Shown in pieces: positions 7,566 through 16,753 of a stretch of DNA of 49,714 nucleotides. Numbering within the stretch: position 1 is the first letter of the stretch; the number at the start of each line of letters is the position of its first letter. Under the pieces are notes generated by a model that made no database searches, had not been told where the DNA came from, and saw only the letters and a program-made list of their open reading frames with translations. A program made the position numbers and the translations under genes. This stretch comes from Candidatus Kapaibacterium sp. GTDB lineage: Bacteria; Bacteroidota; Ignavibacteria; Kapaibacteriales; Kapaibacteriaceae. The stretch spans positions 26,285 through 75,998 of the forward strand of contig JAPLFN010000102.1 of assembly GCA_026390655.1 (NCBI GenBank), given 5' to 3'.

Positions 7566-8939
7566 TCAGGACGGGCGTCCTGCCTCCCACTGCGTCAACC
7601 TGCGTGATGCATGTTGCATGAGTTCTGTTCCTGCAACATACACGAAGAGGAGCGGTATAACCTTGAATATTCCACGACGAAGTGTCTGCTCGACGATAGC
7701 CGCACTAAAGATAGTGCCAACGATCCATAGACCCACGAATACGCACACTATCCACACAAGCGGAAGAAGTGGCTTGATCGATCTTTTCATAGCAAGATTG
7801 ATCACAAACACAGAAGCGAAAATCAAGAAGGATCCAGCCCATAGTCCGGTTGTAGCAACAACATTGGTAAAGGTTTCAGATACAACGTTCGCAAAACGTC
7901 CAACATCGAATCCAATGAGTTGTTCAGATGTAGACGGATGCACAGGAAGGTATACGTTGAAGAACAACAGATGCCACAATGCAAACACAAGGAAACACAC
8001 AAGACCTGTTATCGCAGAATATGATATCGCGGTCTTCCAATTCCAAGCCTTTGCGATAAACACGAGCGATGCTGCTACGCCAATAGCCACGAGAAGTATG
8101 GACTCACTACGAGACCAGCATGCTCCTGCGAGAAAGATCGTCGAAAGCCAGAGAGTCTGTCGCTGATCGTTTGCCACTGCATACCATATCAAGAGAGCAG
8201 CCGTTGAGAAATAGGCGGCATTCAACATATCTGTTTGGACGATATACGAATACCCCAGCATCTCCGGCGTGAGCACGTAAAGAACCCACAGCACATCTGC
8301 GATAAACGGATGCACAAGGCGACGTAGAAGAATCCATATCGTCCAGCCAAGACAGATCGACACGATACTCACCCAGATCTGCCCATTCAGAAATCCGATC
8401 ATGCGATACATTACCTGCAACAGCATCGCGAAGGGGGCATAGAATGGTTGGTTGGAAAGCTGTCCGGCAAGCGACACATCTGTGAACACACGATTGACGA
8501 TCGTCCCCTCTTCCACCGTTTGTTTGGCAACAAGATCAATGCCTGCCATTGCATCAAAAGGAGTTACAGGCCAATACCAACTGGCCCACACGGCGATGAA
8601 CGCTACGTAGCCTACAACGCCGAGCGTTACAACGTCATACAGCGTGAGCGTCCATGTTGGCTTCGTGAGGAGTTGACTGTAGAACTGCGATACACTTTTC
8701 CACCAGATGTGTGGAACGGTTGCGATCAGAAGTCCGCAGATCAACAACGTTTGCACTGAGAGCGGGATATGAACGAGATCGCACACAAAGAATGCCAACG
8801 TGTGCAGAAACATTCCAACAAGCAATGCCACAGGCATCACGAGCGACCGCTGCATGTGTACGCGGAGCGCCCCGATCGTAGCCATTCCGCAGATAAGCTG
8901 TAGGATCAATGTCATAACGAAGGGAAGTGTTGGGTTCAC
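7566..8939 (-). CDS. Polytopic integral membrane protein, possibly a GT-C-fold glycosyltransferase-like protein (ArnT/PMT-like)
   Basis: 457 codons and at least 10 hydrophobic segments. The first large loop carries WPVTPFDAMAGIDLVAKQ...NQPFYAP, which resembles GT-C acidic-loop signatures. GTG start at 8939 overlaps the upstream stop by 1 nt. ATG at 8915 is an alternative start. Confidence 0.7.
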   Translation of the reverse strand: MNPTLPFVMTLILQLICGMATIGALRVHMQRSLVMPVALLVGMFLHTLAFFVCDLVHIPLSVQTLLICGLLIATVPHIWWKSVSQFYSQLLTKPTWTLTLYDVVTLGVVGYVAFIAVWASWYWPVTPFDAMAGIDLVAKQTVEEGTIVNRVFTDVSLAGQLSNQPFYAPFAMLLQVMYRMIGFLNGQIWVSIVSICLGWTIWILLRRLVHPFIADVLWVLYVLTPEMLGYSYIVQTDMLNAAYFSTAALLIWYAVANDQRQTLWLSTIFLAGACWSRSESILLVAIGVAASLVFIAKAWNWKTAISYSAITGLVCFLVFALWHLLFFNVYLPVHPSTSEQLIGFDVGRFANVVSETFTNVVATTGLWAGSFLIFASVFVINLAMKRSIKPLLPLVWIVCVFVGLWIVGTIFSAAIVEQTLRRGIFKVIPLLFVYVAGTELMQHASRRLTQWEAGRPS

Positions 8940-9430
8940 TATAGCCCCTTCCCATATTCCGTAAGCAGGGAGTCGATATTCGTAGCTCCGCCGTGACGGG
9001 TGATCCAGATCTGATTTTCGTTGAGCACAACAAAGGCATTAGCGGAGTGGCGTCGCGCCGTATCGTTCCATGCGACGATGGTATGAAACCCAACCATCCA
9101 TGTGAAGATCCGAGGATCGGTCCAGATAGCGTTCGTCTTCATGTACCGATTACCATATGACATCGGGGGCAAAAGAACCGTGTCAGAAGGACGCATGTGA
9201 TTGACGATGTAGGTGGGGATCTCGATGTTCGCTACGTGACGCATGAACATTCTATCCTTCCACGAGCGGACTTTATTGAGCGAATCGAGTTTGTCTCCGT
9301 AGAGACCAATACGCGCTCTATAGGCCGTAGAGTACGTATTGATACCGCCGAATTCCGCTGACACTAAAAGCGTGAGCACCACCACCATGATGATGGCGAG
9401 TATAAGCCCTCTCAGAGAAAAGATCGGCAT
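8939..9430 (-). CDS. Membrane-anchored hypothetical protein
   Basis: 163 codons. The ATG overlaps the atpG stop by 1 nt (TAATG at 9428-9432). N-terminal TM segment LILAIIMVVVLTLLV followed by a soluble domain. No family recognised. Confidence 0.7.
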   Translation of the reverse strand: MPIFSLRGLILAIIMVVVLTLLVSAEFGGINTYSTAYRARIGLYGDKLDSLNKVRSWKDRMFMRHVANIEIPTYIVNHMRPSDTVLLPPMSYGNRYMKTNAIWTDPRIFTWMVGFHTIVAWNDTARRHSANAFVVLNENQIWITRHGGATNIDSLLTEYGKGL

Positions 9431-10311
9431 TAGGAGCTGGCAAGTGCCTCAGCGCCACCAACGATCTCAAGCATTTCCTTTGTGATCGTTGCCTGACGCT
9501 CGCGGTTATAGATCAACTGCAGAGACTTAATAAGATCACGCGCATTTGTCGTAGCGTTTTCCATGGCCATGCGGCGGGCGGCGTGTTCCGCAGCATTGGA
9601 ATCGAGTAGCGACTTCCATATCTGCAGCTTTACATACATCGGCAAGAGTGTCTCCAGGATGTCAGCGCGTGTAGGCTCAAAGATGTAATCGGTTGCCTGG
9701 TCTGTATCCGTGGGGGCCGTGCTTGGAACAATCGGCAAGAGTTGCATCTGACGAACTTCTTGGCGCATAACCGTGACGAACACATTGGACATGATCTCTA
9801 CCTGATCAAACTGTTCCGAGAGAAACGAATCAGAAACAAGCTCCGCAATATCAACAGCCGTACTGTAATCGAGCTTTTGAAACACATCATTGAACTCACG
9901 AACCACGGGGTCTTTCCCTTTGCGTGCAGCGTTAACCGCACGCTTACCTGCAGGAATGATGCTCACAACCACACCCGGGTTCGCAGCACGCAACTCTTGA
10001 ATGCGCAGAGTTGCTGCACGAAGTAGCGACGTATTGAATGCGCCACATAGTCCGCGATCGGAACAGATCACGATGATCGCTACGTTTTTGATAGCCTTGC
10101 GTGACTCAAAGAAGGGATGAACAAACTCAGAGTCAGCAGATGCCAAGTTTGCAAGGATCTTCTGTGTCTGATTTGCAAAGGGGCGAGCTGCAATGATCAC
10201 ATCTTGTGCACGACGAAGCTTCGCCGTGGCCACCATGCTCATCGCCTGGGTGATCTTCGACGTGTTCTTGACCGATGTAATTCGATCTCGTGTTTCGCGC
10301 AGTGTTGCCAT
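9430..10311 (-). CDS. atpG: F0F1 ATP synthase subunit gamma
   Basis: MATLRETRDRITSVKNTSKITQAMSMVATAKLRRAQ at the N-terminus and ...ITKEMLEIVGGAEAL at the C-terminus are canonical gamma-subunit helices. Confidence 0.95.
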   Translation of the reverse strand: MATLRETRDRITSVKNTSKITQAMSMVATAKLRRAQDVIIAARPFANQTQKILANLASADSEFVHPFFESRKAIKNVAIIVICSDRGLCGAFNTSLLRAATLRIQELRAANPGVVVSIIPAGKRAVNAARKGKDPVVREFNDVFQKLDYSTAVDIAELVSDSFLSEQFDQVEIMSNVFVTVMRQEVRQMQLLPIVPSTAPTDTDQATDYIFEPTRADILETLLPMYVKLQIWKSLLDSNAAEHAARRMAMENATTNARDLIKSLQLIYNRERQATITKEMLEIVGGAEALASS

Positions 10312-10329
10312 CCGTCTATTCCGTTCTGG

Positions 10330-11301
10330 TCAGTTTGTTTTCTGTAAATACGGCCAGTCATTAAGGAGATATCCCCTTACATAATCGGCAACTGAAGATT
10401 CAAGATCTCTGAACTGTACATCAGGCAGCAGTCGCTGCATTGTGGACATATCGGCTTGTGTGTAGTTCTGGTACTGCTTCGCTAGGTCGGGGGGCATGTC
10501 TGTATAGACGATGTTTGGTTCCTTGTCCATCGCTGCGAAGACGGCAAGTATCAGATCATTCCATGTTCGTGCTTTACCTGTACCGAGATTCATGATGCCG
10601 TTCACATCCGGACGCTCTACGAGTTTCATCATCACATCGCACACGTCTTTAACGTAGATAAAATCACGCATCTGAAGTCCATCTCCATACGCAGGGTCTG
10701 CACTCTTGAACAACTTCACCGTACCTGTGGCCTTGATCTGTTCAACAGCCTTAAACACCATGCTGGACATTTCACCCTTGTGGTACTCGTTCGGGCCGAA
10801 GACGTTAAAGAACTTCAAACCTGCAAATGATGTGTCGTGACCTTCGGCTCGCACCCATTGATCAAAGAGATGCTTCGAGTAACCGTACATGTTTAATGGC
10901 CGCAGATCCGTTAAACCGTCCTCGTACCCACGATCACCACTTCCATACGTTGCGGCACTACTTGCGTAGATAAATCTCGCCCCTTGCTGAAGTGCAAACT
11001 CGGCGATATCTACACTGTAGCGATAGTTGTTGTCGTACAGATAGTCGGCGTCCGTCTCCGTTGTTGAAGAGCACGCACCCATGTGGATCACTACATCAAC
11101 ATCTTCGACATCACCAACGGCCATCATGTCTCTGAATTCTTCTTTGCCAACTATGTCAATGAACTTCCTACCAACAAGATTCTTCCATTTTGTACCGTTG
11201 CCGAATGAATCAACAACAAGAACGTCTTCACGCCCGGCGGCGTTCAGTGATTCCAAGAAGCAACTGCCTATAAAGCCAGCGCCACCGGTGAGGACGATCA
11301 T
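10330..11301 (-). CDS. hldD: ADP-L-glycero-D-manno-heptose 6-epimerase
   Basis: Collinear with E. coli RfaD/HldD as recalled from memory: MIVLTGGAGFIGS, GACSSTTE, NNYRYS, YASSAATYG, YGYSKHLFD, FFNVFGPNEYHKG, NLGTGKA, YTQADM. Confidence 0.9.
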   Translation of the reverse strand: MIVLTGGAGFIGSCFLESLNAAGREDVLVVDSFGNGTKWKNLVGRKFIDIVGKEEFRDMMAVGDVEDVDVVIHMGACSSTTETDADYLYDNNYRYSVDIAEFALQQGARFIYASSAATYGSGDRGYEDGLTDLRPLNMYGYSKHLFDQWVRAEGHDTSFAGLKFFNVFGPNEYHKGEMSSMVFKAVEQIKATGTVKLFKSADPAYGDGLQMRDFIYVKDVCDVMMKLVERPDVNGIMNLGTGKARTWNDLILAVFAAMDKEPNIVYTDMPPDLAKQYQNYTQADMSTMQRLLPDVQFRDLESSVADYVRGYLLNDWPYLQKTN

Positions 11302-11316
11302 TATACGATCCTCAGC

Positions 11317-12867
11317 CTAGAGTGCGGAAGCGAAGCGCTCGGTAAAGCTCTTCAACACTGCATTGAGGTTTGATACGATCTCGTCTGTTAATGCCTTGTG
11401 AACGCGAAGCCCTTCGATGATATCCGAGTGGCCGGCGTGAACGAACTCAAGGAGTTCCGTTTCGTACTTCTTAATGCTCTCAACAGGTAGCTCATCCATA
11501 AAGCCATTAGAGGCTGAATAGATCACAACAACCTGATCCTCAACGGGTACCGGAGAATACTGCGCCTGCTTCATGACTTCCATGAGGCGAGCACCACGAC
11601 GTAGTTGCTGAAGAGTTGTCTTGTCGAGGTCCGATCCAAAACGAGCAAATGCCTCAAGAGCACGATACTGCGCAAGGTCGAGCTTCAACGGTCCGGCAAC
11701 CTTCTTCATCGCCTTGATCTGAGCGTTGCCGCCCACACGAGAAACAGAGATACCGATGTTGAGTGCCGGACGAATACCGGCATTGAAGAGACTTGGTTCG
11801 AGGTAGATCTGACCGTCTGTAATAGAGATCACGTTTGTTGGGATGTATGCTGACACGTCACCGGCTTGGGTCTCGATCACAGGCAATGCCGTGAGAGATC
11901 CACCACCGAGTGCGTCGCTGAGCTTTGCCGCGCGCTCTAGAAGACGCGAGTGCAAGTAGAATACGTCGCCAGGATATGCCTCACGTCCCGGCGGACGGCG
12001 AAGCAAGAGGGACACTTGACGATACGATGCAGCTTGCTTGGAGAGATCATCATAGACCACAAGTGCGTGGCGACCTGAGTCGCGGAAATATTCGCCCATC
12101 GAGCAACCGCTATACGGTGCGATGAATTGCAATGGGGCAGGATCCGATGCCGTTGCACTAACGACCGTTGTATATGCCATAGCGCCATACTTTTCAAGCG
12201 TAGCAACAACGTTTGCAACTGTAGATCCTTTTTGTCCGATAGCAACATAGATGCAGTACACAGGCTTGATACCCTGCTCCTGTGCTTCCTTCGTGTGTGT
12301 GAATCGCTGACTGATGATCGCATCGAGAGCAACAACGGTCTTACCCGTTTGACGATCTCCGATGATCAGCTCACGCTGCCCACGTCCGATTGGGATAAGT
12401 GAGTCGATAGCCTTAATACCCGTTTGAAGGGGCTCTGTAACCGGCTGACGATCGATAACGCCAAGAGCTCTACGCTCGATCGGATAGAAGGCCGATTCCT
12501 TGATAGGCCCCTTGCCATCCATGGGACGTCCGAGCGGATCTACAACACGGCCGATGAGTCCCTCACCAACCGGAACGGAGGCAATGCGACCAGTACGGCG
12601 CGCTTGATCACCTTCCTTCACAAGCGAGTCCTCACCAAAGAGCACGATACCTACGTTGTCCTCTTCGAGGTTAAGCACCATGCCCATCACACCGTTCGGA
12701 AGCTCAACGAGCTCCGAGGCCATTACGTTTGTAAGGCCATAGATGCGGGCTACACCGTCACCCACTTGGAGCACGGTTCCTACTTCATAAATGTCGGTCT
12801 CCTTCTCAAACCCCGTCAACTGGCGACGGAGAATCGCGGAGATCTCATCGGGACGTACTTCAGACAT
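11317..12867 (-). CDS. atpA: F0F1 ATP synthase subunit alpha
   Basis: Walker A GDRQTGKT, plus the conserved blocks [29 protein letters not shown] and [29 protein letters not shown]. Confidence 0.97.
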   Translation of the reverse strand: MSEVRPDEISAILRRQLTGFEKETDIYEVGTVLQVGDGVARIYGLTNVMASELVELPNGVMGMVLNLEEDNVGIVLFGEDSLVKEGDQARRTGRIASVPVGEGLIGRVVDPLGRPMDGKGPIKESAFYPIERRALGVIDRQPVTEPLQTGIKAIDSLIPIGRGQRELIIGDRQTGKTVVALDAIISQRFTHTKEAQEQGIKPVYCIYVAIGQKGSTVANVVATLEKYGAMAYTTVVSATASDPAPLQFIAPYSGCSMGEYFRDSGRHALVVYDDLSKQAASYRQVSLLLRRPPGREAYPGDVFYLHSRLLERAAKLSDALGGGSLTALPVIETQAGDVSAYIPTNVISITDGQIYLEPSLFNAGIRPALNIGISVSRVGGNAQIKAMKKVAGPLKLDLAQYRALEAFARFGSDLDKTTLQQLRRGARLMEVMKQAQYSPVPVEDQVVVIYSASNGFMDELPVESIKKYETELLEFVHAGHSDIIEGLRVHKALTDEIVSNLNAVLKSFTERFASAL

Positions 12868-12909
12868 CGTTGCTTTTCCTTGAGAGTTTATTCATTCCAT
12901 TACTGAAGG

Positions 12910-13449
12910 TCAGGCGCTAGCCAATTGTTCCTTCAACACAACAAGCTGGTGACGAAGCGAACTATCCATTACGCTGTCACCAACTCGTATGATCGCACCG
13001 CCGAGAATCGATGGATCAACGTCATACGTTGCCACGATCGTCTTCTTAAGCTTCACACCGATCGCTGCCTCGATCTTTTCACAAGCCGATGATTCGAGAT
13101 CAACGGCGGACGTAACACGGATACGTTCGATGTTGTGAACCTCATCAAGCTGCACGCCGTATTCCATGACGATCTCGCGCCAGAGATGTCCCCTACCCTT
13201 ATCGAGTATGAGCATCATAAAGTCCATCGTTAACGCACCAATTCGTTCTCCGAGGATGTCTCGTATCACCTGCTTTTTGATATCAGCATCAATGATCGGG
13301 CTACGAAACATCGCACGAAGATCCTTCGATGCGTCACCGGTTCTGCCGATAAGATCTAGGTCCTTCATTACGTCGTCCGCAACTTTTCTTTCGATAGCAG
13401 TTGCGAGAAGTGCCTTAGCATATCGCCGTGATATTTTCAGATCTGACAT
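12910..13449 (-). CDS. atpH: F0F1 ATP synthase subunit delta (OSCP)
   Basis: N-terminal ISRRYAKALL motif, 179 aa, positioned between atpF and atpA. Confidence 0.9.
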   Translation of the reverse strand: MSDLKISRRYAKALLATAIERKVADDVMKDLDLIGRTGDASKDLRAMFRSPIIDADIKKQVIRDILGERIGALTMDFMMLILDKGRGHLWREIVMEYGVQLDEVHNIERIRVTSAVDLESSACEKIEAAIGVKLKKTIVATYDVDPSILGGAIIRVGDSVMDSSLRHQLVVLKEQLASA

Positions 13450-13456
13450 CGTTGGC

Positions 13457-13951
13457 TCAATTCTTTGAGAGTTCGTTCACATAGCCATCAATGATTCGCT
13501 TCTGATCATCGCCTTGAAGATTGCGACCCAAGAGTTTCTCCGTAGCACCCACAACAAGTGAAGACACTTCATTACGCAGCGCTGTAATGGCCTCATCCTT
13601 TTGGCGATCGATCTCGCGCTGAGACTCAGCAAGCTTCTGTTGCTTCACAACCTCAGCTTCTGCTGCGGCCTTATGTACCATTGCTTCGGCTTGAACCTTG
13701 CCTTCACGAACAATGGCCATCATTTCTTGCTGAGCTCCGGCGATCTTTTCCTTGCTCTCCTGCAGAATGCTCAATGCTTGAGCATTTGCCCGGTCGGCGC
13801 TAGAAATGGATTCGGCGATAGCACTCTCTCGCGCTTCGAGTCCGTCGCGCATAGGCTTGTAGGCGTATTTCGCGAGGATGAAGACAAAGATGCTAAAGTT
13901 GACCAGGGTCCAAATGACCAAACCCGGCTCAAATTGTAAGAATGCTGGCAT
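13457..13951 (-). CDS. atpF: F0F1 ATP synthase subunit b
   Basis: Single N-terminal TM (LVIWTLVNFSIFVFILAKY) followed by a long charged coiled-coil, 164 aa. Operon position fits. Confidence 0.9.
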   Translation of the reverse strand: MPAFLQFEPGLVIWTLVNFSIFVFILAKYAYKPMRDGLEARESAIAESISSADRANAQALSILQESKEKIAGAQQEMMAIVREGKVQAEAMVHKAAAEAEVVKQQKLAESQREIDRQKDEAITALRNEVSSLVVGATEKLLGRNLQGDDQKRIIDGYVNELSKN

Positions 13952-13989
13952 GTCCGTGCTTTCGTCGTGATTTCGTTGAAATTGTTAGA

Positions 13990-14229
13990 TCAACCGTTCG
14001 GTCCCTTAACGGCAAGAAGAATACATACAACGCCGGCCAGAAGAGCAACACCTTCGATAAGTGCCGCACCAATGATCATCGTTGTACGAATGTCACCGGC
14101 GTTCTCCGGTTGACGGCTGCTTGCTTCAAGAGCCGCTGCTGCAAGACGACCGATACCTGTGCCTACGCCAAAAACTGTGATGCCGAGGCCGATGCCTGCA
14201 GAAAGCCATGCAAATGCGACTGGATCCAT
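13990..14229 (-). CDS. atpE: F0F1 ATP synthase subunit c
   Basis: 79-aa hairpin proteolipid with an RQPE loop and the ion-binding Glu in ALIEGVALL. Confidence 0.95.
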   Translation of the reverse strand: MDPVAFAWLSAGIGLGITVFGVGTGIGRLAAAALEASSRQPENAGDIRTTMIIGAALIEGVALLAGVVCILLAVKGPNG

Positions 14230-14291
14230 GATTGTACCTTCCGTTGAAGAGAAAAGATGATGTACTACGAAATTCTGTTTCTTGATTATGC

Positions 14292-15350
14292 TTAGTGTGC
14301 CTCTGCGTGATGATCATCTGAGGCGTGATCTCCAAGAGCGAGACCTACGAACACAGCAGTGAGCATCGTGAAGATGTATGCCTGCAAAAACGCAACGAGG
14401 AGTTCGAGGAAATAAATGAAGACAGAGAAGAGCGTGCTAATTGGAACAACTCCCCATCCAACCATCTCGCCCATCTCCTGAGCAAAGAAGAATATGAGTC
14501 CTACCAGAGACATCAAGACGATGTGCCCAGCGGTCATATTCGCGAACAAACGAATCATCAATGCGAATGGCTTTGTAATGAGTCCAACGATCTCTATCGG
14601 CACCATGATCGGTGAGATGTATACCGGCGCACCGCCAAGAAGGTGCTTAAACCACGAACCGATACCCGCATCCTTGATCGCAACAAAGTTGACCACGATG
14701 AATGTGCACGTTGCCAATGCCATCGTCACAGGCAGTGCACCTGTAGCTGCGTGACATCCAGGAAGGAGTGAAATGAGATTGAGGATCAAAATGAAAAAGA
14801 ACAGCCCGAGCATGAAAGGCATAAGGCGCGTTGTGCGCTTTGATGTGCCTACGTTAGGGCGGACGATCTCGTCGCGCACGTAAACTACTACCGACTCTAC
14901 AAGATTCTGAATCCCGCGAGGCGCTGCTAAGGGGCTCTTCTTGTACCGTCCACGAACAATGCCAAAAACGATGGTCAAGAGAATGATCGCGATCCACTGA
15001 TACGCTACAAGGTTTGTAACCGAAAGATCAAGTTTTGGTCCGACCGGATGCCCTGCGCCATCAACCTTCGTAGTGCTTACGATCTTATGGTGAGCCGCCG
15101 GGTTATTCATCGTGTATTCACCCTGTGCTTCCATCGCATGGAGGTTGGCGTATACATGTGGATTGTACGATTCGTCAAGAATGATAACCGGCAAGATCTC
15201 GTAGTGTCCAAAGAAGATGTTCAGCTCGTGGTGATCACCGAGTTGATCGATCAGCTTGTCGAACGTGAACTTATCCGAAGAAACTTCGTGATGTGCTTTC
15301 GGCTGATGCTCTATGTGTTGTTCTGGTTGTACTTGTTGTTCTGTCTTCAT
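14292..15350 (-). CDS. atpB: F0F1 ATP synthase subunit a, with long His-rich N-terminal region and His/Asp-rich C-terminal tail
   Basis: Conserved LMIRLFANMTAGH (essential Arg) and LELLVAFLQAYIFTML. Start set at ATG 15348-15350 (MKTEQQ...), because the longer track ORF would overlap the upstream atpI-like gene. Confidence 0.9.
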   Translation of the reverse strand: MKTEQQVQPEQHIEHQPKAHHEVSSDKFTFDKLIDQLGDHHELNIFFGHYEILPVIILDESYNPHVYANLHAMEAQGEYTMNNPAAHHKIVSTTKVDGAGHPVGPKLDLSVTNLVAYQWIAIILLTIVFGIVRGRYKKSPLAAPRGIQNLVESVVVYVRDEIVRPNVGTSKRTTRLMPFMLGLFFFILILNLISLLPGCHAATGALPVTMALATCTFIVVNFVAIKDAGIGSWFKHLLGGAPVYISPIMVPIEIVGLITKPFALMIRLFANMTAGHIVLMSLVGLIFFFAQEMGEMVGWGVVPISTLFSVFIYFLELLVAFLQAYIFTMLTAVFVGLALGDHASDDHHAEAH

Positions 15351-15354
15351 GTTC

Positions 15355-15672
15355 TCATTTCCTCGAGTTCTCTTTCTTTCGCCGCTCCATTGAGAGGTGA
15401 AAATAAAACACCTCAGCCATGAGAAGCCCGAAGCTTGCAATGGAAAAGGTTAGTGCAAACGCAACTTGGTGCATCTTCAAGATCCCAAGCGCCACATACA
15501 CCATCGACACGACGGCAACTCCACGTCCGGCTAAGCTGCCAAACACCATCGCTAAGAATGTGTTGAGCTCCTTTGCCGTTGCACTCTTCGCAAACAGATA
15601 GCCAACAAAAGTGTTGACAAGACTGATGCCTAGAGCGCTGAGTATTGCAACCAACGGGCCCTTCACATCCAC
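15355..15672 (-). CDS. atpI: ATP synthase protein I-like small membrane protein
   Basis: 105 codons and four hydrophobic segments, sited immediately upstream of atpB. GTG start. Assignment rests on position and topology. Confidence 0.6.
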   Translation of the reverse strand: MDVKGPLVAILSALGISLVNTFVGYLFAKSATAKELNTFLAMVFGSLAGRGVAVVSMVYVALGILKMHQVAFALTFSIASFGLLMAEVFYFHLSMERRKKENSRK

Positions 15673-15681
15673 GCTCAGCTT

Positions 15682-15930
15682 CTACCTTTCTAGCTTTGAT
15701 TCCGATTGGTCTTTGTCGCGCCGAGACAACCTTTGCACGGTACGCAAGAACTGCACGAAACCCACGATCGAACCAAAGACCACTCCGATCATTAAGCCCA
15801 CCGGAAGTGTCTGCATCATCGAATCAATCCACCATCCTACCGCCCCACAAACAACAACGGTACCAGCGAGTTGGACACCCAAAACCAGGTAAGGAGCCGC
15901 TTGTTGCATAGCAGATTGAGACTGCTGCAT
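15682..15930 (-). CDS. AtpZ/AtpI-family small membrane protein (putative F0F1-ATPase gene-1 type)
   Basis: AAPYLVLGVQLAGTVVVCGAVGWWIDS...LMIGVVFGSIVGFVQFL is a two-TM pattern typical of AtpZ-like proteins at the head of atp operons. Start set at ATG 15928-15930 to avoid overlap with the upstream CDS. Confidence 0.6.
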   Translation of the reverse strand: MQQSQSAMQQAAPYLVLGVQLAGTVVVCGAVGWWIDSMMQTLPVGLMIGVVFGSIVGFVQFLRTVQRLSRRDKDQSESKLER

Positions 15931-15973
15931 GTGCTGATCCAATTGAAATGCAGGCAAAACTAGGTCGGAGGGG

Positions 15974-16753
15974 TTAAAAACCCAATTCTCGAAGCGCATT
16001 TAAAACAGCATCTGTGTAGATGTTGACAGTATCCCCATACCATTTACCTTCCGGCACAAACCGAATTGCCCCATATGTAGAAGGATCAAGAGGTTGAATG
16101 GGGCTGGTGGCAACGATAGTGGTCTCGTCGCTCCGAAATTCGTTATCCACATCGTACAGGGCAATGGTACAACCCAGTTCAGTGAGACTATGCTCATCGA
16201 CAAGTGCCTTTTCATAGCCCAGGAGGACAAAAGGCACGCGTACCTTAACAACATAGCCATCTGAGCGAGGTGCTGTAACCACGCGAACCTGCTGAACGGC
16301 CTCTTCTTGGGCCGGATCCAGCTCATCCGTTGTCTTTACCTTGATGGTTGGTCGGCGGTCGGCAAAGTCCCCAATCCTAACGGAGAAGGCGAAAAGGCCC
16401 GAATCACTGCTGGACCTCACAACGAGTTTGGAGTGATCCACCTTTGAGATGTACCGGGAGCCCCCTACTTCATCTGCAGGGGTTACGTCGAGCCAAATAT
16501 CCAATCGATCTGCCACGCAGGTGTCGCACCATCCGGTGATGATGTTTGAGTCTCGAACAGCGATGCGGAAATAGAGATAATCGTCATCATATACCACCCG
16601 GGCGCGGAAAGAGGCATCGGCCTCGCCGCCCCACCAAAAGGCGCCGCTGACAACGCTTCGCACGGCTGTGATATTCACTTCAGGAACAAATCCGGCGAAA
16701 ATCTGGCGCCCCCTTCCATAGCACGGGATGGTTGTGTACAAATGCAGGGTCAC
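15974..16753 (-). CDS. Hypothetical beta-rich protein (CBM9/DOMON-like feel), no signal peptide of its own; possibly the 3' part of a frameshifted gene
   Basis: 259-codon ORF from GTG 16753 that overlaps the upstream ORF by 74 nt in another frame. DDDYLYFRIAVRD, LDIWLD and TIALYDVDNEF resemble extracytoplasmic sugar-binding folds. Confidence 0.6.
   Translation of the reverse strand: MTLHLYTTIPCYGRGRQIFAGFVPEVNITAVRSVVSGAFWWGGEADASFRARVVYDDDYLYFRIAVRDSNIITGWCDTCVADRLDIWLDVTPADEVGGSRYISKVDHSKLVVRSSSDSGLFAFSVRIGDFADRRPTIKVKTTDELDPAQEEAVQQVRVVTAPRSDGYVVKVRVPFVLLGYEKALVDEHSLTELGCTIALYDVDNEFRSDETTIVATSPIQPLDPSTYGAIRFVPEGKWYGDTVNIYTDAVLNALRELGF

Noticed and set aside
13990-14229. Na+-translocating signature in the c-subunit
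   Set aside because: Helix 1 reads GIGRLAAAALE, without the Gln of the Na+-binding Q...ES/T...Y pattern. Helix 2 has only the conserved Glu. This is consistent with an ordinary H+-coupled F-type enzyme, and a delta subunit is present, so it is not an N-ATPase operon.
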